NCBI RefSeq assembly: GCF_039654945.1
Contig: NW_027362106.1
Location: 310,001 to 374,000, forward strand
Reading direction: 5' to 3'
Length of the DNA stretch: 64,000 nucleotides
Origin: Dendrobates tinctorius
Lineage: Eukaryota
Below, in pieces: positions 36,404-48,446 of the stretch. Numbering within the stretch: the first letter of the stretch is position 1; the number at the start of each line of letters is the position of its first letter. The position numbers and the translations under genes are program-made. The notes beneath the pieces were generated by a model. It saw only the letters and a list, made by a program, of their open reading frames with translations, did no database searches and was not told where the DNA came from.

Positions 36404-39046
36404 ACTACAATCCATCCCAATTCAAAATAAGTTTGGCAGCTGTGTAATAATACGTAAAGAAACCAGAATGCGATGATCTGGAAATCTCTTGAGTACGGCA
36501 GAGGGCACAGCCTGGTCAGTGGTCACAACTTTAAAAGGCGTGCTACTGCCTTCAATATCACTAATTAGTTAATTTTTTTCATATAAAGTGAAAAAATGTC
36601 CACCAACTTCACGGCTGTGTCTCCGTTCTGTGGGATAAAATAAGGCAATGACAGATTTCTAAATGATCGCATTCTGGTTTTCTGCACATTTTACATAGCG
36701 GAAAAACTGTTTGTTGATTGAGGCTACATTTCCCTTTTGCCATTTTTAAACTGTAAAGCGCTGCGGAATATGTTGGCGATATAAAAATAAAGATTATTAT
36801 TAAGCATTGGGCCAGTAAGTTACTCTTTGACTTCTATGGAGGCATCAGCAGCAAATTCTCCGATATCTAGGATGAACTCAGCTACTTGCATTACATCAGG
36901 TCTGTCTCCCCTAGTAACACTGCTGACCCCACTCCTGTGTGCACAACTAGAGATGAGCAAATATCTTTGGCTCCATCCCTCCATGCAATGAGAGGTTGTT
37001 TGTTGGGCCCTCCATGCATGTAACTTAGTAACACAGTAGTTAAGGTTGAAGGGAGACTTTAAGTCCATCTAGTTCAACCCATAGCCTAACATGTTGATCC
37101 AGAGGAAGGCAAACAAAGAACATGCGGCAAACACTAAGCTCCACATTGAGGAAAAAAATTCCTTCCCGATTCCACATACGGCAATCAGACTAGCTCCCTG
37201 GATCAAGAGCCCTATCAAGCAAACTAGTGTATATACCCTGTAATATTATACTTTCCAAGAAAGGCATCCAGGCCCTTCTTAGATTTTAGTAGGGAATCAC
37301 TCATTACAACATCATACGGCAGAGAGTTCCATAGTCTCACTGCTCTTACAGTAAAGAATCCGCGTCTGCGAGTATGCTTAAACCTTCTTTCCTCCAAACG
37401 TAGAGGATGCCCCCTTGTCCCCGTCACAGGTCTAAGAGTAAAAAGATCATTAGAAAGGTCTTTGCTCTGTCCCCGCATATATTTATACATTGTAATAAGA
37501 TCACCCCTAAGCCTTCGATTTTCCAAGCTAAGGCTGGTTTCACACTAGCGTTGGATCACGCAGCGCATCGTGCGCACGTGCAATGTCCCCCTATCTTTAA
37601 CATGGTGATCGCAGGGTCTTGCGAATGTACGCGCTCTTCAGCGTTTAGCGTGCGCTGCGCATTTTACAGGTGTGCGCCCAGACACGCCGTACACTACATG
37701 TTGCATTTTTTTTCCGGCAGCATCGTTAAAAAAATCGCGCGCGCCCAAAAAGAGCATTACAGTCTGTGGTCGCTGAAAAGCGCTCGGCACCGTGCACGTT
37801 AGCGCCTTGTGCACGCACGCGATTTGAGAAATCAATGTCTAGACACTTGTCTAGAACTCCCCCTAAACAAGCAACATTGTTTTGGAGGAGTGTACATAAA
37901 AGAAGGTGTCTTCAGGGTCAGACAATTACTCTACATACAGCCTTGCAGAGACCAGACAAGCATTCTACAAGAGCCTTCTACCTGTGGATTCAAGCTTCAG
38001 GAGCCAAAATGTGAGTATTCTTAAAACTAATGTCTGTGTGTCCTGTACAATTTATTATGTACTAATGTATTTTTTGTTTTCTTTTCAGCATGTCTTCTTC
38101 CGGATCGGTCTATTCACCATCTCGGCAAAAACTGGCCGTGAGGTGAGAATCTTGCTGCCTTTTGGTAAGTATAGCTGCCTCTAGAAATGTGTTTTAATTT
38201 TTTGTTTCTTTACAGACATCAGACACAGGCAGTGAAGATGGAGTGCGGGAGCGGTCTGAGCGGGAGAAGTCAGAGCGGTCTGAGCGGGAGCAGCGTAGTC
38301 AAGTCGTGGCGAGGAGACGCAATGTGAGTAAATACTGTATATATTTTTTCTTTCTGTCTTTCTTTCTCTTGCTTCTTTTCTGTTTCTTTTGGTATCTTTT
38401 CCAAACTTCTAAACATTCTATATTTTTTTCTTGGTTCCACAGCAGGATGACGAAGAAGTCTACATAGACAACGAGCACCTCATCCGCCTCGTTGAGGAGC
38501 GCATCCCGTTGTGGGACAGCCGTGACCAGCAGTACAGAGACACAGTGGTGACCCGGCAGCTCTGGAATGAGGTGGCCGCAGCGATGATGGATGGCTGGGA
38601 CAGCGCCTCTGCAGCTTCAAAAAGGGCGTTCAGTAGGTATAAAGATGCTCTGTGATACAGCATTTATTTTTGGACCGGATGGTGCTGATATGTTTTTTGC
38701 AAGATATATTCTTGCATTAAACACACCAATGCATGGTGGAAAACTGTCATTGATTTGTGTCTTGAACTGCTGCATTGTTTTTTGCACCTGATGGTGCTGA
38801 TGTGTTTTTTGCAAGATATATTCTTGCACTAAACACACCAATGCCTTGTTGAGAACTGTGATTGATTTGTGTCTTCAACTGCTGCATTGTTTTTTGGATC
38901 GGACAGTGGTGTTTTTTTGGCAAGATATATTCTTGCATGAAAAGCACCAATGCCTTGTTGAGAACTGTGATTGATTTTTCAACTGCTGTCTTGATCCTGT
39001 TTTCACTCTAGTTCCTGATGATACTGTTGTTTTCGCTAAATACGTA

Positions 39047-40267
39047 CACTCACTGGCCACTTTATTAGGTACACCATGCTAGTAAGGGGTTGGACCCCCT
39101 TTTGCCTTCAGAACTGCCTCAATTCTTCGTGGCAGAGATTCAACAAGGTGCTGGAAGCATTCCTCAGAGATTTTGGACCATATTGACATGATGGCATCAC
39201 ACAGTTGGCGCAGATTTGTCGGCTGCACATCCCTGATGCGAATCTCCCGTTCCACCTCATCCCAAAGATGCTCTATTGGATTGAGATCTGGTGACTGAGG
39301 AGGCCATTTGAGTACAGTGAACTCATTGTCATGTTCAAGAAACCAATCTGAGATGATTCGAGCTTTATGACATGGCGCATTATCCTGCTGAAAGTAGCCA
39401 TCAGATGTTGGGTACATTGTGGTCATAAAGGGATGGACATGGTCAGCAACAATACTCAGGTAGGCTGTGGCGTTGCAACGATGCTCAATTGGTACCAAGG
39501 GGCCCAAAGAGTGGCAAGAAAAAATTCCCCACACCATGACACCACCACCACCAGCCTGAACCGTTGATACAAGGCAGGATGGATCCATGCTTTCATGTTG
39601 TTTACGCCAAATTCTGACCCTACCATCCGAATGTCGCAGCAGAAATCGAGACTCATCAGACCAGGCAACGTTTTTCCAATCTTCTACTGTCCAATTTCGA
39701 TGAGCTTGTGCAAATTGTAGCCTCAGTTTCCTGTTCTTAGCTGAGAGGAGTGGTACCCAGTGTGGTCTTCTGCTGCTGTAGCCCATCTGCCTCAAAGTTC
39801 AACGCACTGTGCGTTCAGAGATGCTCTTCTGCCTACCTTGGTTGTAACGGGTGGCAATTTGAGTCACTGTTGCCTTTCTATCAGCTCGAACCAGTCTGCC
39901 CATTCTCCTCTGACCTCTGGCATCAACAAGGCATTTCCGGCCACAGAACTGCCGCTCACTGTTTTTTTTTTCTTTTTCGGACCATTCTCTGTAAACCCTA
40001 GAGATGGTTGTGCGTGAAAATCCCAGTAGATCAGCAGTTTCTGAAATTCTCAGACCAGCCCTTCTGGCACCAACAATCATGCCACGTTCAAAGGCACTCA
40101 AATCACCTTTCTTCCCCATACTGATGCTCGGTTTGAACTGCAGGAGATTGTCTTGACCAAGTCTACATGCCTAAATGCACTGAGTTGCCGCCATGTGATT
40201 GGCTGATTAGAAATTAAGTCTTAACACACAGTTGGACAGGTGTACCTAATAAAGTGGCCAGTGAGTG
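39047..40267 (-). mobile_element. Tc1-family DD36E (Incomer-type) transposon, 1221 bp
   Basis: TA TSD; perfect 29-bp TIR CACTCACTGGCCACTTTATTAGGTACACC. Confidence 0.92.
39079..40119 (-). pseudogene. DD36E transposase, 346 codons with one premature stop
   Basis: The two listed ORFs are in the same frame, separated by TGA at 39801-39799. WSDES, QQDNA and NPIE motifs, with 36 residues between the second D and the E. Confidence 0.9.
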
Positions 40268-43200
40268 TATATTGTAGCAGGAAACATCAGTGTCCTCCGT
40301 CTCAACAGTTACTGCATTGTGTCTAGAATTTTATTGGTGCTGCAGCAGTGACTGTTTTCAAAGTTCAATCAGGTGTGTGTGGTGAGAATGACGTTAAACT
40401 AGTGCATCAATTTTTTTTTTTTTTTTTTACCAACAGTGAAAAAAATCCGCACACGTTGGCGCTCGATGAAGGACACCTTCAACACTGATGTTCGTGCTGA
40501 GGGACAGGTTCGGAGTGGTTCTGCGGCAAGGTGCAGAAGATAGTACCTCTACCATCGCGAGTTGGCATTCCTGAGACCGGTCCTTGCCAGCAGAGCGCAA
40601 GTTTTTTTTTTTTTTCCGTTTGTTCTTAATATGTGCTTTTCTATTCCACAGGTGATGCTTCTTGTAAATGCATGATACTAATGTTTTCCCTTTCTTTCCA
40701 CAGCACTTGGAGCAGCACCCTGCAACCTGACCCTGTCCCGGGAGCGGTCCTTCATGGATCGACCTCGGACTCGTCCCAGCCATCCGACAGCCAGGAAGCA
40801 TCTTGCAGGTCAGCAACACAGACAGCTGTTGACCAGGAAGCTGGTGCATCAGGTGTTCCCCTGTCTCAGGTCTCTGTCACTGGTTATGCAGGCACTACCC
40901 ACCAGCGGCAGAGGGCCTTGGCCAGGAATGTCATGCCCGAGTTCATGTACTTCAGCGAGGCCTTTAAGGCCAGCCTCAAGGCACTGGCCGCCAGAACGGA
41001 AAGCGGTTTTTCCCTGATGGAGCGTGGTTTTAACCACATGGAACACCGCTTCCACTCTGTTGACCAGCGCTTTGACAGTCTGGAGGCCGACCTCAACAGA
41101 CCAGCGCACCATTTTTTCAGTAAAATTGAACTGGGCATGGCGGAACACCTTAGTCCTGAGCAACAGCTGAGTGTGTTACAGGCCTGCAACACTGCTTACT
41201 TGCAGGCTATGCAGAATAGGCATGTTCAGCAGTCAGTGGTGTCATTTCCAACAGTTCCACCGCTGACTCGCTTAACCACACTACCGACTTCTGCTGCATA
41301 CCACTGCACGGCCACCTGCATTCCCAGCGAAGCCGGACATTACTACACCACCCCAAGTCTGAGTGCTGCTGGACACTCCTCCGCCACCACCACTATGGCA
41401 AGCGCTGCTCCTGTATGGAGCACCACCAGCTTGGAGCCAAACCACCACAGAACCTGCTTGGGCCACCGACACCAGCAGTCAACAGCAACAGAGCACCGCC
41501 AGCACTCCTCAAAGGAGCACCGCCACCAATTCTCCTCATCAAAGGAGCACCGCCACCAATTCTCCTCCTCGTAGTCCCCCAAGAACTTTGGCTGAGATAC
41601 CTATACGCAGCCTCCTTCACGTAGCACCGACCCAACATGCTCCCCTTCTAGGAGCACCGCCACTGCCACTTTCAGCAGCACCGCCACCACTGAGCAGCAA
41701 AGGGGTGATCCGCAATCCCTATTTTACAGGGCAACGCCACAGTCCACAGTCACCAGGCGGTCTACAAAAGAAAGGCGGTCACAGGCTGCAAGTAGGTCGG
41801 GGGCAGGATATGCCTGTGCCAAAAAAGAAGAAAAAAAAAAAACCACCTTTGTTTATCCACCGTCTCCTCCTAATCTGTCTCAACCTGCCTCAGAGTCCAT
41901 TCCAGAGCTCCCTTCCCGGAGTACTTTTGTCGCCCCTTCTCCTAGAACCCCTTCCTCTACCTCCAGTCGTTCCACGTCTCTCCACACACCCAAAGTATCC
42001 CAATCTTCCCCCAAACGTCATTCATAATAAAATTTTTCTTGTTTATTTTTGGTTTCAAAATAAATGTGCACTTGTGCTTTCAAAAAATTGGTATTGGTTT
42101 ACTGTGTCTATCGCCGACTACACACACACTACGCCGTACACACACTGCGCCGTACACTTAGGGTTTTTGCAAAAACATATATCTCCATTACTGTTTCTTG
42201 TGCGAGACTTGTTTCTTGTGTCAGTCTTGGAGATATGTGTTGTCAACAAACCAAATCTACATGACTTTCCTTTTCCAGAACAGTCTCTACATTCTAGGAA
42301 TATTGCACATAGTGCATCCAGCAGGGATCCCAAACTCCAGTCCTCAAGGTCCAACAAAAGATCATATTCTATGGAATCCTCTGCTATGGATTTCATTACA
42401 ACATGATCTGTTGGTGGACCTTGTGGAGTTGGGGAACCCTGCTGGATCTAGTGTGTTCAGTATTACTAGAATGTAGAGACTGCTGTGGAAAAGACAAGTC
42501 ATATAGGTATAATCTACATGACTTTCCTTTTCCAGAACAGTTTCTACATTCTAGGAATTTTGCACAGAGTGCATCCAGCAGGGTTCCCCAACTCCAGTCC
42601 TCAAGGTCCAACAAAAGATCATGTTGTATGGAATCCTCTGTTTGAAAAATTTTTAGCAACTGAAGCTATGGATTTCATTACAACATGATCTGTTGTTGAA
42701 CCTTGTGGAGTTGGTGAAGATGTAGATATGTTTTGTCAACGAAACCAATCTCCAAGACTGACACAAGAAACGTCAGTAATCGAGATATCTGGTGTATTGC
42801 AAACTGAATAGAGTTGGTTTCCCTAAATACTTTGTTCAAACCAAACCAACATAGCATGTTTTTAGTAATTACATTGGAGTTAAAAAAAAAAAAATTTAAA
42901 CATGATATGTTGGTGGACATTAGGAGTAAATTTTTAAAACCCTTGCTATAGAGGATGGTGTTGAGTGCAAGGTATATCTATTGTTCTCATTTAAAAAAAT
43001 GCAAGGAACTATAGATATACCTTGTAAATAACCACATAATCTATATAGTCACCAACTTAGGAGTATTAGCGAATTCATGATGCACAAAACACAGCATCAT
43101 AAATTCACTGATACACACGGCTACTTGGTAATGGTATTGGTTGTGTAAAAACAGAGAATGCGCTCAGTACAGGTATCAAAACGTTTGTTTTTATTAACAT

Positions 43201-44448
43201 ACGAACAACATGCAGGACAAATTTTTTAAGCCATTTGCTCTTGCCATTCCACCTGTCCTACATCTGAGTTGAAGTATGCCGCAAATTGGTCCCTCATTTG
43301 GCCAACTTCAACAGATGACCTGAGAGGGTGCTGTGTAAATTCAGGCAGTGGATTAGGATCAACATCATCAAGATCAAAGTTCGGGTGCTCTCGAGAAAGT
43401 ACAAAGTTACGTAGAACAACACAAGCCTTGACCACCTCATCCACGGTTTCCAGTTTCAGATTAATAGCTATGCCAAGAATGCGCCATCTCGATACAAGTA
43501 TACCGAAGGCACACTCTACTGTTCTCCTGGCCCAGGTGAGCCTGTAATTGAAAATTCTTTTTTGTAGGTCCAAGTCCCAGCTGGAGTAGGGTTTGAGGAG
43601 GTGTTGGCACATCTGGAATGCTTCATCACCAACCATTACAAATGGCTGTGGCGGAGCTTTGGTGTTGGGAAGAGGCCGTGGCATGGGGAAATTGAAGTTG
43701 TTGCCATACAACCTCCTGCCCATGTCCGATGTCTTAAAAGCCTGGGAGTTATTACCACGGCCAAATGCCCCAATGTCCACTGCAATAAACGTACAGTCTG
43801 CATCCGCAATGGCCATCAGTACAGTAGAAAAGTACTTTTTGTAGTTATAGAACTCAGAGCCAGTTCTTTTGGGCTTGATAATCCGGATGCGTTTCCCATC
43901 CACCGCTCCCAAACAGTTAGGGAAATTGCAGACAGTCCAGAATCTTTCAGCGATGTCCAACCACTTTTCTACGGTTGGCATGGGCATGAATTCGGGACAA
44001 AGAACATTCCAGAGAGCACGGCAGAGGTCTGCTACAATTCCAGACAACGTGGAGAATCCAATCCGGTACTGGAAGTGCAGTGATGAGAGGGTCTCTCCAG
44101 TAGCCAGGAATCTGTGACAGAAAGAAAACAAAAATTAATATTTTTGTTAATGTAATTTTTTTTTTTTTTTTATACACACGTTACATAAAAAAAAAAAAAA
44201 AAAAAAATATTCTGCAGCCTTTGTTTCAATACATGCCATCCAAAAATTAACGCAGCTTGTAGTTACCGACATGGCAGAACTGTAATTCTGCCAGATTTGG
44301 AAGCATACATGTCACAAGCAAGAAAATTCAGCAGACATTGGTTTAGCAAAACTACGTACCTTAATGTGACCAGGAGCCGTTCCTCAGGAGTAATCGCACG
44401 CCGGAGCTGTGTGTCCTGTCTCCGGATGACTTCTTTTACCCGAACAAG

Positions 44449-44762
44449 ATTCACTAGTAGGATTTTTTATGGATTAAACGTGCGCTGCCAGACCATCACT
44501 CCTCACAAGTTGTGTGCTTAATACATTTATTTCCCAACGCGTTTCGAAGTTAAACCTCTTCTTCAGGGGATGACATGTACATAAAAAATCCTACTAGTGA
44601 ATCTGAAGATTTATGGCCACAGCGTGGTCATTTGGATGTGCAGCAAGCTGACCTTGTTCCTTTATGCCTGCTACTCTCCTACATAGGGTGAGTATAATGG
44701 TTTTACTTCTCGATTTTCTCAGATAAGACCCTATTGCGCTCTTTTCCTTTCAGTTTCCACTA
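44449..44762. mobile_element. 314-bp Penelope-like or retrozyme-like insertion
   Basis: Perfect 14-bp TSD TTTACCCGAACAAG (44435-44448, 44763-44776); 23-bp internal inverted repeat; hammerhead motif. Confidence 0.7.
44532..44570 (-). ncRNA. Minimal type I hammerhead ribozyme motif
   Basis: UCCC-CUGAAGA-A-GAGG-UUUAA-CUUC-GAAACGCGUU-GGGA: complete core, 4-bp stems I and II, palindromic stem III. Confidence 0.72.
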
Positions 44763-45796
44763 TTTACCCGAACAAGCAAATAGTGAAATGTTTCTTGGGT
44801 CATTAGGGTATAATCCGTAAATTTCTCCGGGTTTGCCTGTAGCTCGCTGTAGAGGGTGTGGTAAGCTCCACGGCTCTCCCGGAGTTCCATAATGGGACGT
44901 ATCCACATACGCAGCTGCTGCCGTCTTCGCTGCCTCTCTCTCTCCCTCTGTTCATGGCAAGCAACGGCATAAGCCTGAGCCGTCCTCATGTCCAGATCCA
45001 AGTCAAAGTAAAAGCTCTTCCAGCGCAGATCCATGTTTCTCAAGTCAAATGCAAGCAAATGTGAAGAATTCAGGTGTAAACAGTGGCTATATAAAGAATT
45101 TCCATAGACACGCCCACTGGTGTCCCATTGGTGGAGTGTTGCAAGAATTTTTCAAGGATTTTTTCTCCAGTTTATTGCGCATAAAAAATGCTAACGCATG
45201 AAAAACGCTGCTTTTTTTTTTGTTCTAATGCGCACAATAAAGCTACAAAATAACGCAGCGTTTACAAGCGTTTGCATGCATTTCATGTGCGCTCCGAACG
45301 AAGCACAAAAAAAAACGCTAGTGTGAAAGTAGCCTTAATAACCCCAAGTGTAGTAACCTGTCTTGGTATTGCAGACCCCCCAGTTCCCTAATAACCTTTG
45401 TCGCTCTTCTCTGCACCCGCTCCAGTTCAGCTATGTCTTTCTTATACACCGGAGACCAGAACTGTACACAGTATTCTAAGTGTGGTCGCACTAGTGACTT
45501 ATATAGAGGTAACATTATGTTCTCCTCATGAGAATCTATGCCTCATTTAACACATCCCATAATTTATTTGCCTTTGCAGCAGCTGCCTGACACTGGCCAC
45601 TAAATGTGAGTTTGTCGTTCACCCATACCCCCAGGTCTTTTTCAGTGACAGTTTTGCCCAATGTTTTACAATTAAGCACATAATTATACATCTTATTTGC
45701 TCTGCCCAAGTGCATGACCTTACATTTATCCTCATTAAAGCTCATTTGCCATTTATCAGCCCAAGCTTCTAGTTTTCATAAATCCTCCTGTAATAC

Positions 45797-46876
45797 CGTA
45801 CTCGCGTTTAAGACGAGATTTTTCAGCCCATATTTTGGGCTGAAAGTCCCCCCTCTCGGCTTATACGCGAGTCATAAGAGCCAGGGGGTCGGCGGGGGTG
45901 TCAGATCATACTTACCTCCCCCGGCCCGTCTCTGTAGCACCCCCGCTTCTCCCGGTCTCAGGCTCCTTCCTTCAGCGGTCATGTGGTACCGCTCATTAAA
46001 GTCATGAATATGCACATGTTCATGACTTTAATGAGCGGTACCACGTGACCGCTGAAGGAAGGAGCCTGAGACCAGGAGAAGCAGGGCTGCAGAGACCGCG
46101 CCAGGAGGGGGTATGTGCAATATTCACTTGTCCCCGGCCCACGGCTGCTCTGTCCTCCAAGTCCTCTGGCTGTGATGTTCAGGCAGCAGAGGGCACGATG
46201 ATGTAGTCAGTGCGCACCGCGCCCTCTGCTGCTTGAATGTCACTGACAGAGGACCCGGAAGAGAGTGGCAGCGGTGGACTGGGGACAGATGAAATTTCTC
46301 AGGTGCCAGGACCCTGAGCCAGCGGCGACATCGGCACCTGGCCCCCAGCGACGGAGAGGGGAGTATGTTTTTTTTTATTATTTGCAGCGGCAGCAGCATA
46401 TGAGGCAGCATATGGGGGCTTAACTATGGATCTTATTGGGGTATAATCTATGGAGCTTCTTATGGGGGCATAATCTATGGAGCAGCATATGGGGCATAAT
46501 TTGTGGAGCATCTTATGAGGCCATAACCTTTATGGAGCAGCATATAGGGAATATTATTCTACGGAGCATCTTATGAGGCCATTATTAACCTTTGTGCAGC
46601 ATTATATGGGGTGCATTTTGTATGGAGCATCTTATGGGCCATCATGTGTGAAGCACTGTATGAAGCATTATATGGGGCTCCTAATTCAATATGGATATTC
46701 AAAAACATTTAACTTACTGATGTCTCATTCATTTTACTTTTATTGGTATCTATTTTTATTTTTGAAATTTACCAGTAGCTGCTGCATTTTCCACCCTAGG
46801 CTTATATGCGAGTCACTAAGTTTTCCCAGTTTTTTGTGGCAAAATTGGGGGGGGGTCGGCTTATATACGAGTACTA
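45797..46876. mobile_element. Non-autonomous TA-flanked DNA element (pogo/Tigger-like) with an internal hairpin
   Basis: Ends GTACTCGCGTTTAAGACGA / TCGGCTTATATACGAGTAC; internal palindrome at 45942-46086. Confidence 0.6.
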
Positions 46877-46918
46877 CCGTAGCTGAAGAGCCCGGCTATA
46901 GTAACTAACTGTGGTTAG

Positions 46919-47575
46919 TGTCATGATTTGTAGTTTTGCCCTGTCCTGTATTTTGTATAATATGTCATTTAACTTTTCTCTGGTTGTATTTGCTGTAAAT
47001 TAACCATGTCTCCTTCCCCCAATACTTTGCAATGTCTTGTGATGTACCTGGACCATAATCTAATTTAGGCTTGTGTCAACAGCTAAGTGGAACTTTGGCT
47101 ATTGTTTTCCTAAGCAGAAGATAGTCTACAGGATATGTATTGTAGGTTAAGTGGAGCCCTTACATTTCTAGAATCTTCTGATGGACCAAACCATTGAATA
47201 GTAGGTGTGACCCCCTACCCCCCTTCAGATGGGCTGATCCTAGGAGCCCTGACAATACATTCTTGTTTTAAGATCAGTTGTGATTTGAGTGCGGAGGTGG
47301 AAGGAGTCACGAACTGAGTTGAGGCCAGCTCGTGACGTCCGTGGGATTGTGTGGAATCCTGTGGACTATTGCAAGGATTATTGTTATCGCATCTGGCACA
47401 AGGACTATCGTGAGGTGCCCGGATTTGTTTCCATTGTGTGGACTTATTGTGGACTTCTCATGGACTCCAAGGACATTATGGATATTTGATGTTGTATGCT
47501 CCCTGCCTTAATAAATCTCGTTGGATCGTCCCTCGGCCTGTTGTCCCTTCTTGCTCTGTCGTATACCTCGTCACA
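46919..47575 (+). mobile_element. Solo LTR
   Basis: TGT..ACA ends; 5-bp TSD GTTAG; AATAAA near 47510. Confidence 0.85.
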
Positions 47576-47597
47576 GTTAGTTATAACAAATTATAAT

Positions 47598-48080
47598 TAT
47601 CCTCCATCCCATAGTCCCGTGCTCATATACCCATCATACATATCCACCATCCCATAGGCCCGTGCCCATATACCCATCATACATATCCTCCTTCCCATAG
47701 GCCCGTGCCCAAATACCCATCACACATCCTCCATCCCATAGGCCCGTGCCCATATACCCATCACATATCCTCCATCCCATAGTCCCATGCCCATATACCC
47801 ATCATACATATTCGCCATCCCATAGTCGAGTGCCCATATATCCATCACACATCCTTCATCTCATAGTCCCGTGCCCATATAACCATCATACATATCCTCC
47901 ATCCCATAGTCCCGTGCCCATATAACCATCATACATATCCTCCATCCCATAGTTTCGTGCCCATATACCTGTCATACATATCCTCCATCCCATAGTCCAG
48001 TGCCCATATACCCGTCATACATATCCTCCATCCCGTAGTCCAGTGACCATATACCAATCACACATCCTCCATCCCATAGT
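47598..48080. repeat. Minisatellite, unit of about 41 bp, possibly inside a Helitron-like element spanning about 46880-49950
   Basis: About 12 copies of ATCCTCCATCCCATAGTCCCGTGCCCATATACCCATCATAC. Confidence 0.9.
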
Positions 48081-48446
48081 CAACCATTATGACATCATAA
48101 TGAGCGGCGGGGCTTGCAACCTATGACTACATCAGCGTCGCCATGGCAGCCATTGTGACATCATAATGAGGGGCGGGGCTTGATACGTACACACTGTTTC
48201 CCCAGTATGTAGATAGGGGCATTATGACATCACGATGGGCGGGGCTTGACGCGCGCACACTTTTTCCCCAGTATGTAGATAGGGGCAAAATTGTTTGGTG
48301 AAATGGAACGCCGGGGTTAAAATTTCGCCTCACAACATAGCTTAGGACGCTCTCGGGGTCCAGACGTGTGACTGTGCTAAATTTTGTGGCTGTAGCTGCG
48401 ACGGTGCGGATGCCTATCCCGGACATACACACACATACATACATAC

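Larger units (their letters stand above)
38090..41574 (+). pseudogene. Harbinger Myb/SANT-like (MADF) DNA-binding protein gene, multi-exon
   Basis: IDNEHLIRLVEERIPLWDSRD..QLWNEVA (38431-38632), then KKIRTRWRSMKDTF..YLYHRELAFLRP (40437-40580, one in-frame TAG), then a long last exon from about 40704. Exon edges are approximate. Confidence 0.75.
43226..45034 (-). pseudogene. Harbinger DDE transposase (two exons), disrupted by an insertion
   Basis: GAVDGK, VGDEAF and RRTVECAFGIL motifs; GT-AG intron at 44359-44112; 410 aa after removing the insertion and one TSD copy. Confidence 0.9.
37532..45334. mobile_element. Autonomous-type PIF/Harbinger transposon with two convergent genes
   Basis: TIRs GGCTGGTTTCACACTAGCGTT / AACGCTAGTGTGAAAGTAGCC; TAA/TTA flanks; MADF gene on + and DDE transposase on -. 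Confidence 0.92.
37020..45795 (-). mobile_element. CR1 3' fragment split by the Harbinger element
   Basis: 45335-45795 (LYKSLVRPHLEYCVQFW) continues at 37531-37224 (ENRRLRGDLITMYK..WNSLP). Confidence 0.9.

Noticed and set aside
41363-42406. 347-aa ORF as a third Harbinger gene
   Set aside because: Low-complexity sequence crossing a poly-A run and AATAAA; more likely a shifted frame of the MADF tail plus 3' UTR.
43226-44131. Domesticated HARBI1 host gene
   Set aside because: It is flanked by TIRs, paired with a MADF gene, inserted into a CR1 and disrupted, so it is a transposon copy.
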